A stretch of 53,784 bases of DNA from Candidatus Thorarchaeota archaeon. GTDB lineage: Archaea > Asgardarchaeota > Thorarchaeia > Thorarchaeales > Thorarchaeaceae. Shown here piece by piece: positions 10,071 to 19,574 of the stretch (the first letter of the stretch is position 1; every line of letters starts with the position of its first letter). The stretch is from the NCBI GenBank assembly GCA_003345595.1, contig PRDI01000025.1, positions 1 to 53,784 of the forward strand, written 5' to 3'. A program made the translations under genes and the position numbers. Below the pieces are notes generated by a model, which was given only the letters and a program-made list of their open reading frames with translations, had not been told where the DNA came from and made no database searches.

Positions 10071-10412
10071 ATGAAGAGTGCACCCTATCCTGAATGCATC
10101 AAGAATCTCCCCAGAGCGAAGGTCGCCTTTCCTGGCGTGCAGGGATGGGTTTCTCAAGGCAAGGACTCGCAAGTAGTTTTCTTTGAGATTGAAGCAGGAG
10201 GTGTTGTATCACCTCACGCACACTGTGAACAGTTCGGATTCGTCCTAGAGGGAGAGATGGCACTCACAATGAATGGAACTACCAAGGTCTACAAGAAGGG
10301 TGACTCCTACCACATCCCAAAGGGCCTCGTCCACAAGGCCGAGTTCAGGACATTCGTGCGCGCGGTGGATTTCTTCGCTGACCCGACTAGATATGAAACC
10401 GTCAATACGTAG
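10071..10412 (+). CDS. Cupin-domain protein
   Basis: Cupin motifs PHAHCEQFGFVLEGEM and GDSYHIPKGLVH. Start taken at ATG 10071. Confidence 0.88.
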   Translation: MKSAPYPECIKNLPRAKVAFPGVQGWVSQGKDSQVVFFEIEAGGVVSPHAHCEQFGFVLEGEMALTMNGTTKVYKKGDSYHIPKGLVHKAEFRTFVRAVDFFADPTRYETVNT

Positions 10413-10459
10413 TTACTATCCGGTAGTCCGCTACATGCAGGGATCTGCAACGAGGGCTC

Positions 10460-10918
10460 CTATTGAATTATCTTGGCTATCTCAAGTCCAATGCTCGTGA
10501 AGTTGCTCTCTGCGCCTTCTTCGAGGGGGCCTTCTTTTCCCTTCACAATCGCAGACACCCTCTCCCTTACAACGTCAGCACCAAGTTTCGAGAGTGAGTC
10601 CTGGATGTCCTTGGATGCGCCACTTCCTGCGAATCGACCTTTCATTTTCGTATCGAACGCGAAGACTCTCTTGCCCTTGATAGATGATTCACTGAGCTTC
10701 GCGAGGAACTTTCGGATCGACTCAGAAGCTTTCCACGCGTGCGTAGGAGCACCGATGAGTAGTATGTCGTATTCGGCGAGTCTGCCGGCATCAGTCGCAT
10801 CAGGTCGAGAGAGAGTTACCTTGACTGTACCTGATTTCTCCAGACCCTCCGCGAGAGCACGTGCAACCTTCTCGGTATTTCCGTATACCGAATCATAGAC
10901 TATGATTGCATTCTTCAT
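10460..10918 (-). CDS. Flavodoxin
   Basis: IIVYDSVYGNTEKVA FMN-binding loop, IGAPTH, FAFDTK, KGKEGPL. The start is ATG 10918, not the longer ORF-track start. Confidence 0.9.
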   Translation of the reverse strand: MKNAIIVYDSVYGNTEKVARALAEGLEKSGTVKVTLSRPDATDAGRLAEYDILLIGAPTHAWKASESIRKFLAKLSESSIKGKRVFAFDTKMKGRFAGSGASKDIQDSLSKLGADVVRERVSAIVKGKEGPLEEGAESNFTSIGLEIAKIIQ

Positions 10919-11040
10919 GTTTTCACTTCCCACCTGGAATGAACAATGTGGGCTACTGAGCACATCCAAGCACAAGTAGATTGTGGAATGTGGACATAAG
11001 CACCGATGTTGCTCTAATTGGGGTTCCAAGTATGTATTTC

Positions 11041-11088
11041 GGCACAGGAACTCAGAAACCTCCTTCTTTGTTTCTGAGATCTTGTGTC
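11041..11088. repeat. Imperfect 18-bp inverted repeat between the divergent flavodoxin and MBL genes
   Basis: GGCACAGGA-a-CTCAGAAAC pairs with GTTTCTGAG-a-TCTTGTGTC (two G-U pairs on the + strand). A further GTTTCTGAGTT copy lies at 11165-11175. Confidence 0.55.
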
Positions 11089-11253
11089 CTGCTCGTCCTA
11101 AGACGTAGTTCCCAACGTCAATCAACGACTCGGTAGATCGCATTACCAATGGTTGTGGACCATTGTTTCTGAGTTGCCTAGTCACGAGAGCCGGTCCGCT
11201 CCGCCATGATACATATAAAACCCACAACAATACGCTAGAAGCAGGTGATATGA

Positions 11254-11937
11254 ATAAGCATCTCAATCCGATACCTCGGTCATGCAAGTTTCGTGATCAA
11301 GGTTGGATCGGAGAACATCTACATCGACCCGTCAACCAAAGACACCGGCCTGCGTAAGGAAGACTTTGGGCCGTCCGACCTGACACTGGTGACTCACAGC
11401 CACCCCGACCACTGTGACCCTGATTTAATCAAGAAGATTCGGAAGGGTGGGACACCAATCTTGGCACCTGAGAGCTGTCGTAAGGATCTTAGCAAGGCGG
11501 GCGTCATGTGGCCTCTGAATCCGGGGGACATTATGCAGATGGGTGATGGAAAGCTGATAAGGGCGGTGCCGGCATACAATCTGAAGAGAGTCAAGACCTC
11601 AGGCGAACCGTACCATCCCAAGGGTCTGGGGTCGGGTTACATTCTGACCATCAGCGGGAAGAGAATCTACCATGCAGGAGACACCGAGCTGGTTCCAGAG
11701 ATGGAGGAACTTGGCGACTTACTGCGTGGGACAGATGTAGCGTTGCTTCCATGCGATGGTACGTTCACAATGAACGTCGAGGAGGCATCTGAAGCGGCTG
11801 TGATGATCAAACCGAGGGTGGCAATCCCAATGCATCTGAGGTCCGCAGACCCCAAGGCTTTCAAGGAAAAAGTTGAGAGCAAGTCCTCTATCCGAGTTGT
11901 CGTTCTTCAGAAGGGCGAAGAGTACAAACTAGAGTAG
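11254..11937 (+). CDS. MBL-fold metallo-hydrolase (UlaG/Lactamase_B_3-like), probable ATA start
   Basis: IRYLGHASFVIK, IYIDP, THSHPDHC, YHAGDT, IPMH. The conserved N-terminal LGHASF lies upstream of the ORF-track GTG and needs a start at ATA 11254. Confidence 0.88.
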   Translation: MSISIRYLGHASFVIKVGSENIYIDPSTKDTGLRKEDFGPSDLTLVTHSHPDHCDPDLIKKIRKGGTPILAPESCRKDLSKAGVMWPLNPGDIMQMGDGKLIRAVPAYNLKRVKTSGEPYHPKGLGSGYILTISGKRIYHAGDTELVPEMEELGDLLRGTDVALLPCDGTFTMNVEEASEAAVMIKPRVAIPMHLRSADPKAFKEKVESKSSIRVVVLQKGEEYKLE

Positions 11938-12081
11938 GTATGAGAGAGCGAACGAATGGAAGTCTGCCCTCTCATTTGTGGTCTGGCCAAGCGCACGAGC
12001 ACTGTCATCAACCTTGCGTCACTCAGCCCATTCTGCGGGTCATTGCCGTGGCGATGTCCGCACAACCTAGTGAACAGGTCG

Positions 12082-12180
12082 ATGAGATCCTGCTTGGCGG
12101 CTTTCTCCTTTCTCGCCCAAACAGCTCAGGAGCTCGAAGGCTATTGTATCCAGAGGTCTGTGAAAACGGACCGCTGACAT
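12082..12180 (-). pseudogene. Remnant of a small winged-helix regulator gene divergent from giant gene 1
   Basis: MSAVRFHRPLDTIAFELLSCLGEKGE, a 1-nt frameshift, then AAKQDLI. Clearly homologous to 19339-19437. Confidence 0.55.
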
Positions 12181-12316
12181 CAGTTGGCTCTCATAGAAAC
12201 CCGATTCCCTGCTCAAGGAGTTTCAAGAAACTGTAGGAGTACTTAATAGGCGCGCCTCATCAAAGGTCACCCTCTTCCCCGATTCGCGTGGTTAGCTCTC
12301 TCTGTAGGTGTCGAGA

Positions 12317-15300
12317 TTGAAGAAGAGACGATACGTGCTTTTTGCCGTCCTAGTTATTGTGATGCTCATTCAGCTCGATGTCAAACTGGCTGTAGACCAT
12401 CCAGATACCCCGAATCTCAGTTCCGACGGATTGGTCGGGATTGAAGACCCCCTTAGACTCCTGAGGAAGGTAATAGCCGACACCGCAGCTCCAAGAACCC
12501 CGACGGACCTCAAGGAGCTTGTGCTCGACCTACTTGAGGCCACGCCGCTTGCCAACAGGACTGACTACGATGGGGACGGACTTTACGATCCTGTGGAGGC
12601 CGTTATCGGGACTGATCCTGAGAGCAATGACACAGACGCAGATGACCTGTCAGATTACGATGAAGTCATGAACGGGACTGATCCGATTCTGCCAGACTCC
12701 AACTATGACGGGCTCTTTGATGATGATGAAGTAAGTGTTGAACTAGATCTTGACGATGATGGCATTCCGAATGCGTGGGATTTTGACAACGATGGCGACG
12801 GGGTAAATGACCGTTCGGACCTTTCCCCCTATGCGAAATCAGTTGTTAGTACGAGCTTCAACATTTCGATACAAAGTACTGGTTCACCCACCTACATAAC
12901 CTTCCAAGTTGTCCCGGAGAATCCTGAGCATCTTCGATTACTTTACCAGACTTGGGATTGGCTCAATTACGATAGTGAAGGGCAGATGCAGGATATTGAT
13001 GGGTCGAAGAACGACTTGGAGTTAGTTCCGTATCTGCATCTCAAGACTCGAGCAATACCTGTTCAGTCCGACTTGGATGCTTTTGGTGTCTTGGCCGTAG
13101 GCGATGGTATCTCTATTCCTCTATCACCAGTATATGAGTTTGAGAACATAGTGGCATTCAGCGGAAGGCTTCTCTATAATGAAAGTACACCGTTGGATAT
13201 TGATCTGGAGGCAGAGCTAGTGTGGCAAGTGGTGGGATACACTGATGCCACAGCCTACATTCTGAAAGCAAATGGCAACTACGTGTCCGTTGGTCAGAAT
13301 ACGATTGCTGTTGCTAACGTTAGCGATGAGAGCTATGCTGCGGTTTTGGAATGGATTATACTCAAGGAAACCAGCGATATAACCACTGTAGCCATAAAAC
13401 TCATGGGCGGCCCCTACCTGTCAGTTGCTGAGGACAACAGGACTCTGGAGTTCAATGGAACAAGTATTGGTCAGCGAGAAACGTTTCAGCTTCTCAAACT
13501 ACAAGGTTGGTTAATGGGTTACAATGGGAACTTTACGTCTGTTCTGCCGGACGGTACTATGACCCTCACGGTGTATGAACGAGCAGTATTCAGTGTCATT
13601 GATACCGTGCATACAAGCCCGACCGCTCTTGTGAGGTATGATGAGCCTTTCATGTTGACTGGATTCACAGTCGAAGAGTTCCACGGAACTGATGTTGGGA
13701 TTCTCTACAATGTCACTAGCAAGAATCAGACAATTGCAGCCCAATGGCTCATGAACTACAGGTTCGTTAACAACGCGACGACCACACTATCAGATATGCC
13801 TAGTCTCTTGCAGGGGTACAACGTGAACGTGTCGTGCCGGGGCCAATCCGTCACTTCCAAGTATCAAGCTCTGGTTGTATTGAGTGAGAATCTGATTCCA
13901 GATGCTCTGGGGCTCCGCTCGAGTGATGAGGCGATGCCCATAATCATCGCTATTGAAGATAATACTACGATTGTAGACATGTCAGAGGTTTCAGCTGGTT
14001 CGTGGATTCTGAACGGTCCGTGTACGGTTGATCTGACAGCCAAGGCTATGCAGACGAGCAAGTCCCTGAAGATGAACTGGTACAATTCATCTACATTCAT
14101 TGGTCTTTGTCCAGCTGAGATAGTCGCCGAAGTGATCACCTGGGGCGAAGATCCGGTGACTTCCTACAACCTGATTACAGTCCTTCTGAGATGGAACACT
14201 GGAGAATACAGAATAACGAAGCAACAACTTGTTCCACTGGAGCTTGACGATTTTGACACCTCTGAACTTGATTTGGTGTCGAATATTGCCATGGCCGGTC
14301 TTTCAATACTGGAACTTGGCGGCACTTATGTGAGTCTTCTCAAGAACTGGAGGCATCTCAAATGGCTACAGGGCGGGGAAGTGCCAGCGACAATGCGGGA
14401 GATCACAGACTACTTGGCAAGATGGTCACAGGGTCTCTGGGGCAAGAGCAATCTCGTGAAGAGCATAGGGCAGGACAGCAAGATCCTAGCGTTCTGCAAG
14501 TATCAGGATTCTCTGTCGCGGGGAAGTAGAAGTGGACGGTTTGCGAAGTTCTTCAAGATGTTCGATGACGCCATGTTTGTGATTGGGGTGGTTGTCGAAG
14601 TAGGTCTGTCAATTGCGGCAGGTGTCATGATTGCAGATCAGATTGGAGGCTCGGCAGGCAGGGAGTTCGGAGTACCATATGCTTTACTTGCGCTTGTTGT
14701 CGGGCTGTGGATAATGGGCACAGAGGCTATTATTGCGACAATACCAGTCATCGGATGGCTGATAGCATTGGGAATCGGAATAGCTGATGCTTGCGGTAAT
14801 TACTCGCAAGGTATGATAGCGTATATCGTTAGCCAGCTGTACGGAAGGGCAAACTCCTTCGCCTTTGTTACGCCAGACGCCTATGTCAAAGAAGTGCCAA
14901 CCATATCTGTCCTAGACTATGACAACAATGGTGTCGACCTAGGGGATACCATTCTTGTGAACGGTACCCTGTGGAGCGAGATTGATGTGGCCATACTGTT
15001 CGCTAGCAAGATGACGGAGTTCTTTGAAACCGACCTCTATACCCTCTTTGCTAAAATGACTAATCCAGAATGGCATTGCTACGGTGACATCAACTTCAAC
15101 CTCCCGTATGTGGACATCATCGGCCCAGAAGGATCGAACACGGGCATGTCGGTCACGTCCTACACCGATCCTCTTTTTGTGTGGAGGTTGCTCAATGCAT
15201 ACCTCTATGGTGGGCTGTCGATCCTGAATTCCGAGGATGGAACATACGTGAAGAGCATCCGTGAAGGTGGCACATGGTGGCCTTGGCGTCACTATTGGGT

Positions 15301-18300
15301 CGCACGAGAATACCCCTTCTCTGCTTGGATCACGCCAGGAAGCGCGCAACCCAACTTCCCGATAGTGACACGGATGACATCAACGTACAAAGTGTCAAAC
15401 TTCTGGTGGCACTGCCCTGTCTGGCTATTTGGTGCGGAATGCCTTCATCGCGACTGGTTCATCAACTATACACGGTACAACATAGTCACAGACTACTATG
15501 ATGTTTTGCCCGGTTCTCTTGCTGATTTCCTTGTATGGAAGTGGATTTCTGCCAATGATTACGACGGAGATGGTCTCAACAAAACTGAGGAGCTGTATTA
15601 TGGAACATTCTGGACTGAGTGCGATAGCGACGCCGACGGCCTCGACGATGGATATGAGATCGAGCACGGTTACGACCCACGAGCGTACGACACTGACTCG
15701 GATGGAGTCACAGACTGGTTCGAGAACACGTATGAAACGAATGTTACAGACACTGATTCGGATGGTGACGGGCTCACTGATTACCAAGAGATCTCCGGCT
15801 GGGTCATCAGCTTCGACTACCTAGACAACATATCATTGCCGTTCCAGATGCGTGTGACGTCAGACCCGAGCATTAACGATACTGATGATGATGGGATTGG
15901 AGACCTCACGGAATACAAGTGCAACACGAACCCACGGTCAAAGGACACCGATGGTGACCGCATCGAGGATGATGTCACAACTGAGAAAACGATTTCGATA
16001 GGGAACTATGAAACAAGCCGCGACGTCACACAATATGGTTGGGTATGGGATTCAGAGGCCAATCACCCCCAATCAGCAACAACGATGGCTCGTGTGGTTG
16101 ACGACATTGCCGTTGATGCCTATGGATGCCTATACACAACCAGTTTCTATGACGACTATTATGACGAGATTAGGAAGTTCTATCCGAATCTCACTGAGGT
16201 AGTTCTGCCAGATACTTCCTACTTCACTCAAGGGGACAGTTGGGCGATTGATGGTTGTGTGTTTGGATTAGAGGTAGACTCAGCAAACGATTGGCTCTAT
16301 GCATGGACGTACAATTATAACTACACACTCAGTCTCTTGAGATTCAGTCTGGATGGATCAGTCCTGAACCCAGGATCATACACCCCATTGTCTTATGCGG
16401 TTACACCGGCACACACTGAACCCGACCTGATTGCAAGTGTTCCATCAGTTATGTCGGATTTGGATCTAAGCTCGGCCGGAAATATCTTCACTACGTGGTA
16501 TGTTGGTATACCTACAGAGATGGGACAACCATGGGATTATGGCCCGGTAGAAGTGTACAACCGTTCAGGAGCTTTACTTGATACGTGGGGAACTTGGTTA
16601 CCATGGCCCCCAGCCGAACTTCTTCCAGAGAAGTTCGACAATCCAGTCACCATAGCAGTTGATTCTGAGAACGGGTATGTCTATGTGGGTGAGAGAGCAG
16701 AACCTTGGATGTTCAACTATTCACGAGTCGCAAAGTTCCGAATGGCAGACGGAGCTTACATCTCAGCGCTTCCAATGGATTTCCTATCAATAGAAGACAT
16801 TGATGTAGACCCAGAAGGCTTTCTCTATGTCCTTGGCAATACGACTGAAGGCCCTTGTCTTAGGAAGTTCAATAGGGATGGGTTTGAGGACGAGGGCTTC
16901 GTCTTGTATGGGAATGCGACCGCTAACTTCACAAAACCCATAGCTGTTACTGTAGACCCGAACCATAACATCTTCATCCTAGATACCGTCGAGCGCAATT
17001 CTGTTCCTCTAAATCCGTCATCAGTATCACGAGTCTGGAAGTTCTCGCAGGAGGTCTACTTTGTTTCTGATCTACCGCCAGATACGAATCCGGACTGGGA
17101 CAATGATGGTCTGAACAATACTCAGGAGTTCGACGGTTGGGACATCACTGTCAACTTCACCTCTGGCGAGTTTGCATTCCGAGTGACAAGCAGTCCTCTG
17201 ATGAACGACTCTGACCAAGATGGCTTGGGAGATTTCGTGGAGTTCGCTCTTGGCTCTAATCCAAACTCACCTGACACAGACCTAGATGGAGTATCTGACC
17301 ACAAGGAGTGGTGGTTATTCACCTATCCCGGTGTTGCCTATGTTCCACCTACGCCGTCTTGTTCGGCTTCTCCATCAACTCTCCATACGAACTACATGAA
17401 TTGGCAGGCTGCGGGAGCCTCGTTGACTGATTGGGACACTGATGGAGATCTTCTACGAGACGGCATCGAGCTCGCCTTCGGCAGTTCGCCCGTCAGCCCG
17501 GACTCAGACGGAGACGGATTGTCTGACATTATGGAGTTCTTGTATAACTCAGACCCGAACAGTGCTGACACGGACAATGATGGTGCCGATGATGATCAAG
17601 AGTTGTATGGCAACTCTAGCCTCCTCTCAGCTGATTCTGACAACGACTTCATGTTTGATGGGGCTGAGTATGATCAAGGCACAAATGCAACTGACATCGA
17701 CTACGATGCTGACGATATTCCAGATGGGTATGAGCTGCTTTATGGGACCGATCCAGTAGACGATGATTCTGATGGCGATAACATCTCTGACAGCATGGAG
17801 CTCACTCTCGGGCTAGATCCGAGAAGCAACGACACTGATGGGGATGGCATTGATGATGGAACAGAGCTCTCGATAGGCAGCAATCCTTGGAATGAAGACT
17901 CAGACTACGACGGAATTCCAGACAGTGAGGACACTGATACCTATGCCAAATGGGAGGGACCAGTCATCCTGGTCCTAGACCCAGATGCGCTTAATGAGAC
18001 CCTTGATTTCGCGACGACGCTTGCAGATTATGTCGAAGTCATAGTAGTTTCTGTTGACGAGCTTCTTGAGAACTATAGTGACGCTTCATACGTCGTCCTC
18101 ATAGGGCGTCCTGACCCTAACGGTTCCTCAGTTGAGGGGCTGGTATATGACCTTCTGGTTGACACTGGAGACGTCTTGACTGACATGTTGGATGAAGAGT
18201 CACGCAACATGGCCATAAGATACGGAGTGTGGACTGATACTCAGACAGTGACCATGTTATCTTCAGCAATTCCAGAAGATGTCTTCTTGGTCCTCCAGAT

Positions 18301-19054
18301 ACTGCGTGGGAAGAATGTCACAGTTTTGGCTGATTCTGTACATATTGAGTATCAGAGACTTGATGCACTACACAATGGAACAATCGCCTATGCGATTGTT
18401 GTGAATGAGATTGACTCTCTGCGTGCGATTGACTCGGTTCTGTCCTTGTATCTGAGTGGAGGCGCACGTCTCAGTATGCAGATCAGCAGGTACAACACAA
18501 CAACAACTCCTCACGTACTGACCTATGCAACTGGACTGCGTGGGAGTGAAGTTTCACTCGGTGTCTACTTGGATGTGTCAGTAACACTGTACGAAAACAC
18601 AACCGACGCGTTGGAGGCCACATTGGTTCAAATCTACTACAGGGAATCAGACTTGGACCAGAACGGGGACGGTGTCATTGGGAAAATCGGCGACATCAAT
18701 GAAACCTCTCTCTGCCTCTACTGGTACGATGAAACATCTAGCTCGTGGATCAGACTCACGAGCGATTTGGAATGGGTAATAGGTTCTGGTCTGAATACCA
18801 CTGATGTTGAGATATATGGAGAGAGCTATGCAGGCTACGTATGGGCTAACGTCACGCGACTCTCGTTGTTCGGGCTGGCAGGCGAGCTCATCTCTGTCGA
18901 GGTGCCCCTGGCATACTATGCAGTTGCCACAATCGCAGCCTCTGCTGCAGTCGTGGGTGTCCTGTTCGTATATAGAAGAAAGAAGCAGTTCCTGGGAGGA
19001 ACTGAAACCGAAACTTCGCTTGACCCTCAGCCGAAGAAAGAGGATGGAGGTTAG
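12317..19054 (+). CDS. Giant membrane-anchored surface protein, paralogue 1: Ca-binding DxDxDG repeats, fascin-like trefoil, central hydrophobic helical module, NHL propeller, C-terminal TM
   Basis: 2248-aa ORF. N-terminal KKRR plus hydrophobic signal; three blocks of DTDGDGLxDxxE repeats; GPYLSV...IGQRETFQL; P.TIAVD..GYVYV NHL blades; TM helix then RRKK. Start TTG 12317 lies 5 nt after AGGTGT (alternative GTG 12308). Confidence 0.85.
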   Translation: MKKRRYVLFAVLVIVMLIQLDVKLAVDHPDTPNLSSDGLVGIEDPLRLLRKVIADTAAPRTPTDLKELVLDLLEATPLANRTDYDGDGLYDPVEAVIGTDPESNDTDADDLSDYDEVMNGTDPILPDSNYDGLFDDDEVSVELDLDDDGIPNAWDFDNDGDGVNDRSDLSPYAKSVVSTSFNISIQSTGSPTYITFQVVPENPEHLRLLYQTWDWLNYDSEGQMQDIDGSKNDLELVPYLHLKTRAIPVQSDLDAFGVLAVGDGISIPLSPVYEFENIVAFSGRLLYNESTPLDIDLEAELVWQVVGYTDATAYILKANGNYVSVGQNTIAVANVSDESYAAVLEWIILKETSDITTVAIKLMGGPYLSVAEDNRTLEFNGTSIGQRETFQLLKLQGWLMGYNGNFTSVLPDGTMTLTVYERAVFSVIDTVHTSPTALVRYDEPFMLTGFTVEEFHGTDVGILYNVTSKNQTIAAQWLMNYRFVNNATTTLSDMPSLLQGYNVNVSCRGQSVTSKYQALVVLSENLIPDALGLRSSDEAMPIIIAIEDNTTIVDMSEVSAGSWILNGPCTVDLTAKAMQTSKSLKMNWYNSSTFIGLCPAEIVAEVITWGEDPVTSYNLITVLLRWNTGEYRITKQQLVPLELDDFDTSELDLVSNIAMAGLSILELGGTYVSLLKNWRHLKWLQGGEVPATMREITDYLARWSQGLWGKSNLVKSIGQDSKILAFCKYQDSLSRGSRSGRFAKFFKMFDDAMFVIGVVVEVGLSIAAGVMIADQIGGSAGREFGVPYALLALVVGLWIMGTEAIIATIPVIGWLIALGIGIADACGNYSQGMIAYIVSQLYGRANSFAFVTPDAYVKEVPTISVLDYDNNGVDLGDTILVNGTLWSEIDVAILFASKMTEFFETDLYTLFAKMTNPEWHCYGDINFNLPYVDIIGPEGSNTGMSVTSYTDPLFVWRLLNAYLYGGLSILNSEDGTYVKSIREGGTWWPWRHYWVAREYPFSAWITPGSAQPNFPIVTRMTSTYKVSNFWWHCPVWLFGAECLHRDWFINYTRYNIVTDYYDVLPGSLADFLVWKWISANDYDGDGLNKTEELYYGTFWTECDSDADGLDDGYEIEHGYDPRAYDTDSDGVTDWFENTYETNVTDTDSDGDGLTDYQEISGWVISFDYLDNISLPFQMRVTSDPSINDTDDDGIGDLTEYKCNTNPRSKDTDGDRIEDDVTTEKTISIGNYETSRDVTQYGWVWDSEANHPQSATTMARVVDDIAVDAYGCLYTTSFYDDYYDEIRKFYPNLTEVVLPDTSYFTQGDSWAIDGCVFGLEVDSANDWLYAWTYNYNYTLSLLRFSLDGSVLNPGSYTPLSYAVTPAHTEPDLIASVPSVMSDLDLSSAGNIFTTWYVGIPTEMGQPWDYGPVEVYNRSGALLDTWGTWLPWPPAELLPEKFDNPVTIAVDSENGYVYVGERAEPWMFNYSRVAKFRMADGAYISALPMDFLSIEDIDVDPEGFLYVLGNTTEGPCLRKFNRDGFEDEGFVLYGNATANFTKPIAVTVDPNHNIFILDTVERNSVPLNPSSVSRVWKFSQEVYFVSDLPPDTNPDWDNDGLNNTQEFDGWDITVNFTSGEFAFRVTSSPLMNDSDQDGLGDFVEFALGSNPNSPDTDLDGVSDHKEWWLFTYPGVAYVPPTPSCSASPSTLHTNYMNWQAAGASLTDWDTDGDLLRDGIELAFGSSPVSPDSDGDGLSDIMEFLYNSDPNSADTDNDGADDDQELYGNSSLLSADSDNDFMFDGAEYDQGTNATDIDYDADDIPDGYELLYGTDPVDDDSDGDNISDSMELTLGLDPRSNDTDGDGIDDGTELSIGSNPWNEDSDYDGIPDSEDTDTYAKWEGPVILVLDPDALNETLDFATTLADYVEVIVVSVDELLENYSDASYVVLIGRPDPNGSSVEGLVYDLLVDTGDVLTDMLDEESRNMAIRYGVWTDTQTVTMLSSAIPEDVFLVLQILRGKNVTVLADSVHIEYQRLDALHNGTIAYAIVVNEIDSLRAIDSVLSLYLSGGARLSMQISRYNTTTTPHVLTYATGLRGSEVSLGVYLDVSVTLYENTTDALEATLVQIYYRESDLDQNGDGVIGKIGDINETSLCLYWYDETSSSWIRLTSDLEWVIGSGLNTTDVEIYGESYAGYVWANVTRLSLFGLAGELISVEVPLAYYAVATIAASAAVVGVLFVYRRKKQFLGGTETETSLDPQPKKEDGG

Positions 19055-19437
19055 TGCCCTAAGAGCATGATAGGACACACTTCAAGACAGAGAGGACTCA
19101 CGCCTTTCTCCTTTCTCCAGACGTAGACTGATATCAACAACAGATAGCCGACAATTGCGGAGTAGATTGCCCATTCTAGAGTTGGGAGCATCAAGAGGTC
19201 GGGACGGTCAGCGAGACTGCCAATGTCACCATAGTCACCGAACAGAAACGCCTCAAAGACTACGACATTGAGAACCCCCTCGCACAGGAAGAACTCCTCA
19301 ATCCATATCGTCCACTGTGTTTCGTTTCCCAAGACTTTGATGAGATCCCACTTGGCCGCTTCTCCTTTCTCGCCCGCACAGCTCGGGAGCTCAATGGCTT
19401 TGGTGCCCAGAAATCTGTGACAAGACACACGTGGCAT
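19051..19437 (-). pseudogene. In-frame chimera at the duplication junction: wHTH N-terminus fused to the DUF998 C-terminus
   Basis: MPRVSCHR...KWDLIKVLGNETQWTIWIEEFFLCEGVL is joined to NVVVFEAFLFGDYGDIGSLADRPD...VWRKEKG. 19097-19274 is a close copy of 37672-37849. Confidence 0.75.
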
Positions 19438-19574
19438 CAGCTGGCGTGACAGAGCCCCGAATTCCTGCAAGGGGAGTTTCAAGAAGGCTGTAGGAGCAGT
19501 TAATAGGCGCCTTTCGCCGTGGGATAATCCCTTCTTCCTGTTCGCGTGGTTAGCTTTCTGTGCAGGTGTTGAGA

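Noticed and set aside
10919-11287. N-terminal extension of the flavodoxin ORF (likewise for cupin 9930, oppF 5954 and URO-D 49486)
   Set aside because: The extensions lack family similarity and overlap promoters or neighbouring genes. Downstream ATGs match the family N-termini.
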